64,000 bases of DNA from a virus (Duplodnaviria > Caudoviricetes): IMG/VR virus record IMGVR_UViG_2756170261_000003, positions 33,021 to 97,020 of that record; one strand, given 5' to 3'. The position numbers and the translations under genes are program-made. The notes under the pieces were generated by a model that worked only from the letters and a program-made list of their open reading frames with translations, did not search any database and was not told where the DNA came from. How positions within the stretch are numbered: the first letter of the stretch is position 1; each line of letters begins with the position of its first letter. Positions 47,875-58,099 of this stretch are shown here, piece by piece.

Positions 47875-48747
47875 ATGTCTGAACTTCAAACACTCCCCGA
47901 CCAGGCGCAGTCAAGCACCAGCGCGCTGATCCTCGACCCCAATTCATTCGACAAGGTAATGGCTTTTGCCGACATGATGGCAAAAGGCAGCGCCACCGTG
48001 CCGCGCCACCTGCAGGGCAACCCAGCAGACTGCGCCGCCGTCACCATCCAGGCGATGCAATGGCAAATGAACCCGTTTGCCGTGGCCCAAAAGACCCACC
48101 TGACCCAGGGCGGCACACTGGGTTACGAGGCCCAGCTTGTGAACGCCGTTGTAATCGCGCGCGCGCCCATCGAGACTCGCCCCGAGTTCACCTTCATCGG
48201 CGACTGGGACAAGATTCTAGGCCGGGTCGAAGAGCGCAAATCGGACAAGGGCGGGAAATACTACGTGGCCGGCTGGAAGCCATCCGATGAAATCGGCCTC
48301 GGTGTTATTTGCAGTTGCCTGATCCGTGGCGAGGCCGTTCCGCGCGAAATCAAAGTCATGATGACCCAGGCCTACCCGCGATTCTCAACCCAGTGGGCCA
48401 CCGACCCGCAGCAGCAGATTACCTACCTGGCTGTGCGCAAGTGGGCGCGCCGCTACGCGCCTGACGTGATCCTCGGCGTCCACACCAACGACGAACTTGA
48501 ACCGATTGACGGCTATCAAATGCGCGACATGGGGCCGGCTGAAACCGCCACGCACGAAGAGCCGGCCAGCAAGGAACTGCCGCCATATTCCGACCAGAGC
48601 ATTGAAGAGAACAAGGCCAAGTGGCAAGAGGCAATCGACTCGGGGCGGCTCAAAACGGAGCAGCTTATTGCCAATATCCGGTCGAAGTACACGCTAAGCG
48701 CCCAGCAACTTCGCACCATTCAGAACATGGAAGCCGTCACGGCATAA
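47875..48747 (+). CDS. recT: RecT-family ssDNA annealing protein
   Basis: VPRHLQGNPADC, MNPFAVAQKT, W..DPQQQ..Y...WARRY.PDVILG. Confidence 0.85.
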   Translation: MSELQTLPDQAQSSTSALILDPNSFDKVMAFADMMAKGSATVPRHLQGNPADCAAVTIQAMQWQMNPFAVAQKTHLTQGGTLGYEAQLVNAVVIARAPIETRPEFTFIGDWDKILGRVEERKSDKGGKYYVAGWKPSDEIGLGVICSCLIRGEAVPREIKVMMTQAYPRFSTQWATDPQQQITYLAVRKWARRYAPDVILGVHTNDELEPIDGYQMRDMGPAETATHEEPASKELPPYSDQSIEENKAKWQEAIDSGRLKTEQLIANIRSKYTLSAQQLRTIQNMEAVTA

Positions 48748-48756
48748 GGAAACCAC

Positions 48757-50427
48757 ATGAAAGTCCATAACGTAATTCAAGGCTCGCCGGAATGGCTGGC
48801 CCTGCGCTTCAAGTGCCTCACCGCCAGCGAAGCCCCGGTAATGATGTCGGCCACCACAAAGATGATGCGCAATGAATTGCTGCGCATGAAGGCGACAGGC
48901 GCTGAACGCGAATACAGCGACTGGGTTCAGCGCAACCTCTTCGACAAAGGCCACGAATACGAAGCGGCGGCCCGTGTGATTGTCGAAGAAATGATTGGGG
49001 AAGAGCTTTTCCCGACGACCGCCACCGACGACGAAGAACGGATTCTGGCGTCGTTCGACGGAATCACCATGCTCGGGGAAGTCATTTTCGAGCACAAAAT
49101 GTGGAACGAGACACTGGCCCAGGCCGTGCGAGAGCGCAACCTTCCGCCGGAGTACTTCTGGCAGCTTGAACAGCAACTGCTTGTCAGCAAGGCTGAAAAG
49201 GCCATTTTCGTGGTATCGGACGGCACCCGCGAGAAATTCGTCTGGATGGAGTACACGCCGGTCGATGGCCGCGCCGCCCTGCTGCTGGCGGGCTGGGCGC
49301 AGTTTGAGAATGACCTTGCCACGTACGAAGTTGTGGACGAAAAGCCCCAGGCCGTTGGCCGCTCCCCTGAAAACCTGCCGGCGCTTCGAATCGAAGTCAC
49401 TGGCATGGTGACGGACAGCAACCTTCAGGCGTTTCGAGAGCATGCCCTAAGCGTCATCGGGGCAATCAACCGCGACCTCGTTACCGACCAGCACTTTGCC
49501 GACGCCGAAAAGACGGTCAAGTGGTGCAAGGACGTTGAAGACCGGCTCGCGGCTGCAAAACGCCATGCGCTCGCCCAAACCACCAGCATTGACGAACTGT
49601 TCCGCACCCTGGACGCCATCGGCGAAGAGACGCGCAGCACTCGACTGGAACTGGATCGGCTTGTGAAGGCCATGAAGGAGAACCGCCGGAACGAGATTCT
49701 GGCCGCTGGCAAGAAGGCTTTTGCCGACCATATCGCGGCGCTGAATAAGCGGCTCGGAACGGTGCGCATGCCCGAGGTTTCCTGCGACATTGCCACGGCC
49801 ATGAAGGGTAAGCGAACCATCGCCACCCTGCAGGACGCGGCAGACAGCACCGTGGCGGCGGCGAAGATCGAAGCCAGCATGATCGCTGACAAGATTGACG
49901 AAAACCTCGAAACGCTCCGCACGGAAGCTGACGAATATTCGTTCCTATTCACCGACGCCCAGCAGCTTGTCATGAAGGAAAACGCTGACTTGGTGCTGGT
50001 GATCAACGCCCGGATTTCCCACCACAAGAAAATGGAGGAAGAAAGGATTGAGCGGGATCGCGCCAAAATCCGCGAAGAAGAAGCCGAGAAAGCGCGCTTG
50101 GCAGCCGCGCCGGCCCCTGTCGCCCAGCCAGCAGCGGCACCAGCCCCGGCACAGAGTCAGGCCGCGCCGGTTCGCCAGGCCTATCGGCCAGCACCAGCGC
50201 CCGCAGCACAGCATGAATACCATGACGCCCCTGATCTTCGGATCGGCAACATTTGCGGGCGGCTGGGTTTCACCATGACGGCGGGCTTTCTGGAAGGCAT
50301 CGGATTCGAGCCGGCAGGGCGAGAGCGCGGCGCGGTTCTGTACCACGAAAGCGACTTCGACCGCATCTGCGTAGCCCTGATCAACCATATCGAAAGCGTC
50401 CGCGTCGAGCATCACGAAATGGCCTGA
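48757..50427 (+). CDS. YqaJ/lambda-exonuclease family protein with long coiled coil
   Basis: QGSPEWLALR, TASEAP, GHEYE, ASFDG, EHK, QLEQQL. Confidence 0.88.
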   Translation: MKVHNVIQGSPEWLALRFKCLTASEAPVMMSATTKMMRNELLRMKATGAEREYSDWVQRNLFDKGHEYEAAARVIVEEMIGEELFPTTATDDEERILASFDGITMLGEVIFEHKMWNETLAQAVRERNLPPEYFWQLEQQLLVSKAEKAIFVVSDGTREKFVWMEYTPVDGRAALLLAGWAQFENDLATYEVVDEKPQAVGRSPENLPALRIEVTGMVTDSNLQAFREHALSVIGAINRDLVTDQHFADAEKTVKWCKDVEDRLAAAKRHALAQTTSIDELFRTLDAIGEETRSTRLELDRLVKAMKENRRNEILAAGKKAFADHIAALNKRLGTVRMPEVSCDIATAMKGKRTIATLQDAADSTVAAAKIEASMIADKIDENLETLRTEADEYSFLFTDAQQLVMKENADLVLVINARISHHKKMEEERIERDRAKIREEEAEKARLAAAPAPVAQPAAAPAPAQSQAAPVRQAYRPAPAPAAQHEYHDAPDLRIGNICGRLGFTMTAGFLEGIGFEPAGRERGAVLYHESDFDRICVALINHIESVRVEHHEMA

Positions 50428-50485
50428 CGGCCATCATCAACCATGCGGGCGGCCTGGCCGCCTGCGAACCCTCAAGAGGCCAACA

Positions 50486-50785
50486 ATGGATACCAACATC
50501 AAACCCCGCACCCCCATCATTATGGATTCGGTCGAATCGTCGCAAATCGCGGCCATCGGGCATGACCCGGAGACGAATACGCTGGCGGTCAAATTCCCCG
50601 CCAACAAGCGGGGCATCAGCAGCGTTTACCACTACGCGAACTTCGACGCGGCGCAGTTCGAAGCCTTCAAGCAGGCTGAGTCCAAGGGGTCGTACTTCGG
50701 CCAGAACATCAAGCGCAACGTCGAAGCGTTCCCCTACGAGAACGTGACGGATCTGTATGCCGATCCCGCCCCCGAAGCTGCATAA
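50486..50785 (+). CDS. KTSC-domain protein
   Basis: VESSQIAAIGHD...Y.Y...F..AESKGSYF..NIK. Confidence 0.85.
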   Translation: MDTNIKPRTPIIMDSVESSQIAAIGHDPETNTLAVKFPANKRGISSVYHYANFDAAQFEAFKQAESKGSYFGQNIKRNVEAFPYENVTDLYADPAPEAA

Positions 50786-50798
50786 GCGGGAATGAGCC

Positions 50799-51314
50799 AT
50801 GGCATCAGTCAATAAAGTCATTCTCGTAGGCAACCTCGGGCGAGACCCCGAGGTTCGCTATAGCCCGGATGGCGCGGCCATCTGCAATGTGTCAATCGCC
50901 ACCACCAGCCAATGGAAGGACAAGGCCAGCGGCGAGCGTCGCGAAGAAACCGAATGGCACCGGGTCGTCTTCTATAACCGCCTGGCCGAAATCGCCGGCG
51001 AATACCTGCGCAAGGGCCGCTCGGTATACATCGAGGGCCGCCTGAAAACCCGAAAGTGGCAGGACAAGGAGACCGGCCAGGATCGCTACAGCACGGACAT
51101 TGTGGCCGACCAGATGCAAATGCTGGGCGGTCGTGGCGATTCCGGCGACGACAACGGGTTTAGCGGCGGCAACAGCGGCGGGTACGGAGGCAGCCAGCAA
51201 CGCCAGCAGCCCGCCAGCCGGCAAGGCGGCAGACCAGCACAGCAGCGCCCAGCAGCGCCCAGCGCGCCAGCAACAAGCCTTGCTGATATGGATGACGACA
51301 TCCCTTTTGATTGA
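50799..51314 (+). CDS. ssb: Single-stranded DNA-binding protein
   Basis: [15 protein letters not shown]...DDDIPF. Confidence 0.97.
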   Translation: MASVNKVILVGNLGRDPEVRYSPDGAAICNVSIATTSQWKDKASGERREETEWHRVVFYNRLAEIAGEYLRKGRSVYIEGRLKTRKWQDKETGQDRYSTDIVADQMQMLGGRGDSGDDNGFSGGNSGGYGGSQQRQQPASRQGGRPAQQRPAAPSAPATSLADMDDDIPFD

Positions 51315-51410
51315 GGGCGCAAGGCCAAGACAGCCGCCAAGCGGTGCCTTGCGCCCCTCTTCACACTCACACCATGGACGCTACGGCGTCCATTTTCATG
51401 GAAAAAGTCA

Positions 51411-52115
51411 ATGACAAAAATTCAGCTTGACGCGAAGGCGCTCAAAGCCGTTTCGCGCATTGTTCCGGCCTTCGATATTCGCTACTACCTATGCGGCGTC
51501 TGCATTGAAGCCACCAAGGACTCAACCACTTGCGTGTCAACAGACGGCCATCGGATCATGGCCGCCCAGCACAAGGCGAAGAACGACATTCAGGGAGACG
51601 TGCGCTTCATCATCCCAAAGGAAATTGTGACGATGCTGACGGCTGGCAAGCGTCCGGCGCAAGCCAAGTCAATCGAACTCGAAAAGCACGGGGAAAAGTG
51701 GAGCGCCGGCCTGCCGCCAGTGAATGAATTTCAGGCCCAATTCAAGCCGATTGAAGGGAACTTCCCCAACTGGCGCGCCCTCGTTAAGAAAACAACGAAA
51801 GATGGCGTGACGGGCGAGGTCGCCATGTTCAATTCGCGCTACCTGCAGGAAATGTTCGCGATTGCAAAGGAGCTTCACCACCCCAATTTACCCGCAGCCA
51901 CCTTACTGCACAACGGGAACGCGGCAGCCGTCATCCATTTTGGTGACATGCTAAGCGACCTCAATATCTTGGGCCTTGTGATGCCCATGAAAACCGAACG
52001 CGGGCCGGGCCTTCCCGACCTTTCCTGGGCGTACCCGGCGAAAGGCGACGAAGACGAAGACGACGCCCCCAAAGAGGCCGCCGACTCGCCCACAGCCGAA
52101 GAGGTTCCGGCATGA
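51411..52115 (+). CDS. DNA polymerase III beta-clamp-like protein
   Basis: DIRYYLCGV, STDGHR, IEGNFPNWR, LVMPMK. Confidence 0.75.
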   Translation: MTKIQLDAKALKAVSRIVPAFDIRYYLCGVCIEATKDSTTCVSTDGHRIMAAQHKAKNDIQGDVRFIIPKEIVTMLTAGKRPAQAKSIELEKHGEKWSAGLPPVNEFQAQFKPIEGNFPNWRALVKKTTKDGVTGEVAMFNSRYLQEMFAIAKELHHPNLPAATLLHNGNAAAVIHFGDMLSDLNILGLVMPMKTERGPGLPDLSWAYPAKGDEDEDDAPKEAADSPTAEEVPA

Positions 52116-52312
52116 GCAGCAAGGTAATTGACCACTTCCCCGATATTGACGACTTCGAGGAACTGCTTGAAGACGCGCGCATGGCCGCCGGCAGCGACTG
52201 GGAAGAAACCTTCGTTGCGGACATGAAGGCCAAGTACGAGCGGTACGGCGAAGACATGTTCATCAGCAACGCGCAACTCGACAAACTCAACAAAATTGTT
52301 AATGAGGATTAA
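52112..52312 (+). CDS. Small acidic hypothetical protein
   Basis: ATGA-coupled, 66 aa. Confidence 0.65.
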   Translation: MSSKVIDHFPDIDDFEELLEDARMAAGSDWEETFVADMKAKYERYGEDMFISNAQLDKLNKIVNED

Positions 52313-52315
52313 CCC

Positions 52316-53452
52316 ATGTGGTTCAAAAATCTGAAAGTATTCCGCCTGTCCAACTGGACGCTATCCGCCGACGAACTGGCCGAACGGCTCGAAAAAGCCG
52401 CCCACAAGCCCATTGGCGCGAGCGAAATGCAAAGCACCGGCTGGGTTCAGCCGCGCGACGGCGAGGGTTTCGTGCATGCCCTGGACGGCCAGCTTCTGAT
52501 CAGCCTGCGGGCGGAGCAAAAGCTGTTGCCAGCATCGGTGGTCAATCAGGTTGCCAAGGCCAAGGCCCAGGAAATCGAAGAGCAGCAGGGATACAAGCCT
52601 GGCCGCAAGCAGATGAAGGAAATCAAGGAGCAAGTCACTGACGAACTGCTACCCAAGGCTTTCAGTTCGTACCGCGACACGCGCGCCTGGATCGACACGA
52701 AAAACCGCTGGCTTGTCATTGACGCATCCTCTTCGACCAAAAGCGACGAAGTGTTGGGCATGCTGGCAAAGGCCATTGATCCCTTCCCCGTGACACCGCT
52801 TTACGTCGAACAATCGCCCGCCGCCGCTATGACGAACTGGCTGATTGACGACGAAGCGCCCGCCAATTTCAGCATTGACCAAGACAGCGAACTTAGCTCC
52901 ACCAGCGAAAGCCGCGCCGCCGTGCGCTATGTGCGCCAAAGCATTGAAATTGACGATGTACGCAAGCACGTACAGGCCGGAAAGCAATGCACGCGCCTGG
53001 CGCTGACCTGGGCCGACCGAGTTTCGTTCGTGCTGACCGAGGGGCTGGACATTAAGCGCGTGACGCCCCTGGACGTGCTGCGCGAGAATCAGGACAGCGC
53101 GGCACAGAACGAAGTCGAACAGTTCGATTCCGACTTTACGCTCATGACCGGCGAACTGGCCCGCCTGATTGCATCCCTCGTTGAAGCGCTGGGCGGCGAA
53201 AAGGCTACCGACACGCCAGCGGCCACCGTTACAAGCGAAAGCATCGGCGACCCTGACGATGAACCCTATCAGTTGGCCGTCAATGTCGTTCTGGAAAACA
53301 AGGTTGCGTCCATTTCTGCCATTCAACGGCACTTGGCTATCGGATACAACCAGGCAGCCCGGCACCTTGAGCGAATGGAGAGGGACGGCATCGTTTCTGC
53401 AATGGAACCGAACGGCCACCGTGAAATCCTTTGGGCGAACGCGCCGGCATGA
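52316..53452 (+). CDS. rdgC: RdgC fused to C-terminal FtsK-gamma domain
   Basis: [20 protein letters not shown]; tail [29 protein letters not shown]. Confidence 0.9.
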   Translation: MWFKNLKVFRLSNWTLSADELAERLEKAAHKPIGASEMQSTGWVQPRDGEGFVHALDGQLLISLRAEQKLLPASVVNQVAKAKAQEIEEQQGYKPGRKQMKEIKEQVTDELLPKAFSSYRDTRAWIDTKNRWLVIDASSSTKSDEVLGMLAKAIDPFPVTPLYVEQSPAAAMTNWLIDDEAPANFSIDQDSELSSTSESRAAVRYVRQSIEIDDVRKHVQAGKQCTRLALTWADRVSFVLTEGLDIKRVTPLDVLRENQDSAAQNEVEQFDSDFTLMTGELARLIASLVEALGGEKATDTPAATVTSESIGDPDDEPYQLAVNVVLENKVASISAIQRHLAIGYNQAARHLERMERDGIVSAMEPNGHREILWANAPA

Positions 53453-53895
53453 AGAAAAAGCGCAGGGATAAGAAATACACCCCGCGCATCGCCAGAATCC
53501 CGATCACCAAGCTACGCGACGACATAGCCCTGATCATCCACACAAGCATCGTAAGGCTGGCCGCCGGGCCAGACCTCGATGCTTACGACAACCTCGCCGA
53601 AAACATCAATCTGGTGGGCATTGCCTTGGAGGGCAAGCCCGCGTTTTCGCGCGAGTTCGCCCTGATCGCTGGCGGCGCGCGGGCAATGAACCAAATCGGC
53701 GAGTTAGTGACCGCCGGCCACACCCCAAAGCCACACCACATAGCGCCGATCCGCGTTGCGGTCAACACGATTGACGCCGTGCTGGGCAGGCTGGACGTGG
53801 AAACGCTCTACGTGGCCGAACTGGCCGCACACGCCGCCATGCGGCAAGGATATGAAGATGCAAAAAAAGCAATTCCTGCTACCAATAGCCAGTGA
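53449..53895 (+). CDS. Hypothetical protein
   Basis: [13 protein letters not shown] start, coupled to rdgC. Confidence 0.65.
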   Translation: MKKKRRDKKYTPRIARIPITKLRDDIALIIHTSIVRLAAGPDLDAYDNLAENINLVGIALEGKPAFSREFALIAGGARAMNQIGELVTAGHTPKPHHIAPIRVAVNTIDAVLGRLDVETLYVAELAAHAAMRQGYEDAKKAIPATNSQ

Positions 53896-55771
53896 AATCA
53901 CGGTTGACCTGTTCGCCGGCGGCGGCGGCTGGAGTAGCGCTTATGAACTGGCCACCGGGCAGCATGTTCATGTGGCCGTCAACCACGACCCCGATGCAAT
54001 CAGCATGCATGAGGTCAATCACCCCCAGGCCAAGCACTACAAGGCGGACGTTTTCGAGGTTTGCCCGCACGAAGCCACGGGAGGCATGCCGGTAGGCTGG
54101 CTGCACCTTTCGCCAGACTGCACCCACCACAGCCAGGCCAAGGGCGGACAGCCCCGAGACCGCAAGATACGGGCGCTGGCCTGGGTTGGCGCGCGCTGGG
54201 CCGGACAAGTCCGCCCCCGCATCATCAGCCTCGAAAACGTCAAGCAAATCCTGAACTGGGGTTCGCTGGTGGCGAAGCGCGACAAGGCCACCGGACGGGT
54301 ATTGAAGCTGGACGGCACCGTGGCAGAAAAAGGCGAGCGCGTTCCACTTGACCAGCAATTCCTGATCCCCGACCCCAAAAAGGCCGGGCAGACGTGGAAG
54401 AGGTTCGTGTCCGTGCTGCGAAATATGGGCTACACGGTCGAATGGCGGCGTCTTGTGGCCGCCGACTATGGCGCTCCGACCACGCGCGACCGGCTGTTCC
54501 TCATGGCGCGGTGCGACGGCATGCCGATTGAATGGCCCTTGGCTACCCACTTCGAGAATCCCAAGCGCGGGCAATTGAAATGGCGTTCTGCAGCCGAGTG
54601 CATCGACTGGTCTATTGAAGGCAAGTCCATCTTCAACCGAAAAAGGCCATTGGCGGAAGCCACCATGCGCCGCGTCGCCCGTGGCGTCGAGCGGTACGTC
54701 ATCAACAACGCCAAGCCCTTCATCGTTCCCGTGACGCACCAGGGCCAAGTCAGGGTTCACAACATCGACGCGCCACTGAAAACTGTAACCGGGGCGAATC
54801 GCGGCGAACTCATGCTTGGAACGCCGGTACTGGTTCAGACCGGCTACGGCGAACGCGACGGACAGGCCCCGCGCTCACTGGACATGCAAAAGCCGCTGGG
54901 AACTGTCGTGGCGGGCGGAACAAAGCATGCCGTGGCAATGCCGATCCTGATCCAGGCCGCGCACGGCGATGGAAAGCCCGGCGGCGTACAGCGCTGGGGA
55001 TCTGGCGTAAAGGACATTCAAGGCCCGCTCAACACCATCACAGCAACAGGAAGCGGGGGCCAGGCAGTCGCTACCGCTTTCCTTGCGCAGATGAACGGCG
55101 GGTTCAACAATACGCCAGGACATTCGGCAGAGCGCCCAATGACGACCGTCACGAACACGGGCAGCCAGCAGCAGCTTGTCACGGCACACCTTGCCCACCT
55201 TCGCGGCAATTGCGACGCCAGAGACGTTGACGAACCGCTGCACACCATCAGCGCCGGCGGCCAGCATCACGCCACAGTAACCGCCTTCCTTACCAGGCAG
55301 TTTGGGAATAGCACCGGGCAAAAGCTGGATGATCCGGCTCCGACCGTAGTGGCAGGTGGCGGCGGAAAAACGGCCCTCACTGAATGCGTGCTGTCTAAAG
55401 ATGACGAAGCCGGCGCGCTGCGCGTGGCCGCCTTCCTGATCCGGTATTACAGCGAAGGCGGCCAATGGGGAGACTTGCGCGACCCTATCGACACAATCAC
55501 TACCCGCGACAGGCTGGCGCTTGTCACGGTGTACATCAAGGGTACGCCCTATGTGATTGTCGATATAAAGCTGCGCATGCTTGAGCCGCGAGAACTCTAC
55601 GCGGCCCAGGGCTTCCACCCCGACTACATCATCACTCACGGCCATGACGGGCGCAAGTTCTCGAAGTCGGCCCAGGTCAAGATGGTTGGCAACAGCGTAA
55701 GCCCGCACCCGGCCCGGGCGCTCATTGAAGCGAACTGGAAGACAAACGAGCCAATGAGGTTGGTAGCATGA
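53858..55771 (+). CDS. DNA C5-cytosine methyltransferase
   Basis: DLFAGGGG, SPDC, LENV, R.RLF, GNSV; internal PLxTVT repeats. Confidence 0.92.
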   Translation: MQKKQFLLPIASEITVDLFAGGGGWSSAYELATGQHVHVAVNHDPDAISMHEVNHPQAKHYKADVFEVCPHEATGGMPVGWLHLSPDCTHHSQAKGGQPRDRKIRALAWVGARWAGQVRPRIISLENVKQILNWGSLVAKRDKATGRVLKLDGTVAEKGERVPLDQQFLIPDPKKAGQTWKRFVSVLRNMGYTVEWRRLVAADYGAPTTRDRLFLMARCDGMPIEWPLATHFENPKRGQLKWRSAAECIDWSIEGKSIFNRKRPLAEATMRRVARGVERYVINNAKPFIVPVTHQGQVRVHNIDAPLKTVTGANRGELMLGTPVLVQTGYGERDGQAPRSLDMQKPLGTVVAGGTKHAVAMPILIQAAHGDGKPGGVQRWGSGVKDIQGPLNTITATGSGGQAVATAFLAQMNGGFNNTPGHSAERPMTTVTNTGSQQQLVTAHLAHLRGNCDARDVDEPLHTISAGGQHHATVTAFLTRQFGNSTGQKLDDPAPTVVAGGGGKTALTECVLSKDDEAGALRVAAFLIRYYSEGGQWGDLRDPIDTITTRDRLALVTVYIKGTPYVIVDIKLRMLEPRELYAAQGFHPDYIITHGHDGRKFSKSAQVKMVGNSVSPHPARALIEANWKTNEPMRLVA

Positions 55772-55998
55772 GCGGGCAATCCAAGAAAGGCAGCGCCATC
55801 GAGGCGATTTTCAATGTGCTGGTGGGATACACCATCAACGTGGTTGCGAATTTCGCCATCTTCCCCCTGTTCGGATGGGATATATCCCTTGAGCAAAACC
55901 TGCTGATGGGAACGTTCTACACCGCCATATCACTGGCGCGCTCGTACTGCCTGCGGCGGGCATTCAACCGCTTCGGGCTGCGACGTGGGGGGGGGTAG
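55768..55998 (+). CDS. Small membrane protein
   Basis: Two hydrophobic helices; RSY.LRR.FN. Confidence 0.7.
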   Translation: MSGQSKKGSAIEAIFNVLVGYTINVVANFAIFPLFGWDISLEQNLLMGTFYTAISLARSYCLRRAFNRFGLRRGGG

Positions 55999-56841
55999 AT
56001 GACGGCAACCCGCCCAATACTTCGATACCACGGCGGGAAGTGGCGGCTGGCTCCCTGGATCATCGGCCATTTCCCTGACCACAAGGTCTACACGGAAGCG
56101 TTTGGCGGCGGCGGTTCCGTGCTTTTAAAGAAATCAAGGTCATACGCGGAGGTCTACAACGACCTTGATGGCGAAGTCGTCAATTTATTCAGAGTCATGC
56201 GCGACAACGGCGACGAACTGCGCGCCAAGCTGGAACTGACGCCGTTTTCTCGGGATGAATTTTCCCTGTCTTACGAGCCGAGCTCGAGCAGCATTGAGCA
56301 GGCAAGGCGCACCGTAGTCCGCTCATTTATGGGCTTCGGATCATCCGCCATCAGCAAACAATCAACTGGGTTTCGGGCCAATAGCTCACGCTCCTACACC
56401 ACGCCAGCGCATGACTGGGCGAACTACCCGGACGCGGCCAAGGCCATCGTTGACAGGCTCCGGGGCGTGACTATTGAAAACCGCGACGCCCTGGCGATCA
56501 TCAAGCAGCATGACGCGGATTTCACGCTGCATTACGTTGATCCGCCATATCCACACAGCACACGCACCAACGGCGCATCGGACGATGTATCGCAGTACCG
56601 ATACGAAATGACGGACGAGCAGCACCGCGAGTTGGCGGCACTGCTTCATTCGGTCAAGGGCATGGTGGTTCTTTCTGGCTACCCATGTGACCTGTACGAC
56701 AAAGACCTCTACCCAGGCTGGAAGCGAATTGCCCGCAAGGCGTTCGCGGACGGCGCGCGAGAGCGCACAGAGGTTATCTGGCTTAACGACGCCTGCGCAA
56801 GCGGGCTAAATCAGCACGACTTATTTAGGAGAATTGCATGA
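55999..56841 (+). CDS. DNA adenine methyltransferase (Dam/D12 class)
   Basis: YHGGK, EAFGGGGSV, YNDLD, DPPY. Confidence 0.92.
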   Translation: MTATRPILRYHGGKWRLAPWIIGHFPDHKVYTEAFGGGGSVLLKKSRSYAEVYNDLDGEVVNLFRVMRDNGDELRAKLELTPFSRDEFSLSYEPSSSSIEQARRTVVRSFMGFGSSAISKQSTGFRANSSRSYTTPAHDWANYPDAAKAIVDRLRGVTIENRDALAIIKQHDADFTLHYVDPPYPHSTRTNGASDDVSQYRYEMTDEQHRELAALLHSVKGMVVLSGYPCDLYDKDLYPGWKRIARKAFADGARERTEVIWLNDACASGLNQHDLFRRIA

Positions 56842-58037
56842 GCAACACAGCTACCCCGGTTGACAGCATCAAGAACAAGGTTTCCACCTTCATCGAACTG
56901 ATGGCCGAAGCCGCCCAGGCCGGGTACTGCGGATCATCGCTTGAAATCAAGAACACCGATGGCCGCCTGAACCTTCGTTTCACGTACTGCGCGCCGCTGG
57001 ATATTCTGCATGCGGCAGAGGTCAACGGAACGCCCAGCACCATCCTGGGCGTGGCCCTGGTGAAGGCCGGCAAAGGCTACGAATGGCAGCGCATCGACGC
57101 CAACGGCAACAAGGCAGACAACCCGGGCAAGGCGTTTTTCGACGCGCACCCGGTATTCGGGCAAATCAAGGACGTTCAGATTGACGGGCAACACATGGTT
57201 GTGGTGCCGCGTTTCTACGTCAAGCGCGCCCGCCTTGCGACCGGCCCCTACGCTGGCAGCCAGGCATGGTTCATCAGCGAAACGGAGCAGCCCGGATTTG
57301 CCCCTCACTCTGCCTTCAAGACCGCCGGCCAGCCGGACAAGGGCTTTTATGTCGGGAAATATCAGGCCAGCCTGTGCGACAAGAAGCTGGCCTCATTGCC
57401 TGACACCGTGCCAGCCGTGGGCTTGAGCCTGAACAAGTTCCACGCATGCGCCGTGTCGCGCAATGATACGGTTGGTGAAGATGGCTGGATGCAATGGATC
57501 GCCTACCAGCTTGCGGCCATCCAGTGGCTGTATCTCATTGAAAACGCCTCCATGGACTCCATAAGCACTACCGGGCGCGGGCGGATTGATGAAAGCAGCA
57601 AGGCCAAAGTGGACGCCAGCGACGTAACCCAGGCCTCGTACCGTGGCATTACTGGGCTTTGGGGCAATGTCTGGCAATGGCTTGGCGGGCTGAAACTGGT
57701 TGACGGGGTTGTGCATGTTGCCGATCCGGCCAACCCCAGGGCATGGATCAATACCGGCCACACGCCCCCGTACGACGAATACTACGCAACCGAGTTTGCC
57801 GAAGGCGAGCATATCGGCGACCTGTTCATTGCCAGCAAGAGCGTCGATTACCAGTCGCAGGCGGCGACACCGAGCATCCACTACTACCGCGAAAGCACAG
57901 GCGAGTTTTTCTCGCTTGTGGGCGGGACTTGGACGAGCGCGTCCACTGCGGGGCTGTGGTGCCTGCACCTCGGCAACCCCGCGTCCAACTCGAACACGGC
58001 CGTCGGCGCTCGCCTCGCGAAGCGTTTTGTGTCTTGA
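56838..58037 (+). CDS. Mtd/FGE-sulfatase (C-type lectin fold) protein, DGR target-like
   Basis: FYVGKYQAS, YRGITGLWGNVWQW, C-terminal VGG.W...S.AGLW.L.L....S.S...VGARLAK. Confidence 0.8.
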   Translation: MSNTATPVDSIKNKVSTFIELMAEAAQAGYCGSSLEIKNTDGRLNLRFTYCAPLDILHAAEVNGTPSTILGVALVKAGKGYEWQRIDANGNKADNPGKAFFDAHPVFGQIKDVQIDGQHMVVVPRFYVKRARLATGPYAGSQAWFISETEQPGFAPHSAFKTAGQPDKGFYVGKYQASLCDKKLASLPDTVPAVGLSLNKFHACAVSRNDTVGEDGWMQWIAYQLAAIQWLYLIENASMDSISTTGRGRIDESSKAKVDASDVTQASYRGITGLWGNVWQWLGGLKLVDGVVHVADPANPRAWINTGHTPPYDEYYATEFAEGEHIGDLFIASKSVDYQSQAATPSIHYYRESTGEFFSLVGGTWTSASTAGLWCLHLGNPASNSNTAVGARLAKRFVS

Positions 58038-58074
58038 AACTTGCGTTGTGATGCAACGGGCGATAGCCCGTTGC
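57915..58074 (+). other. Putative DGR variable region, GC-rich 3' end and hairpin
   Basis: NNY codons at the predicted variable sites; GCAACGGGC-GATA-GCCCGTTGC at 58053-58074. Confidence 0.6.
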
Positions 58075-58099
58075 TCACCGCATTTTTTCACCCATCCCA

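Noticed and set aside
51313-51395. Inverted repeats after ssb as a mobile-element end
   Set aside because: No transposase or target duplication; likely terminator or processing hairpins
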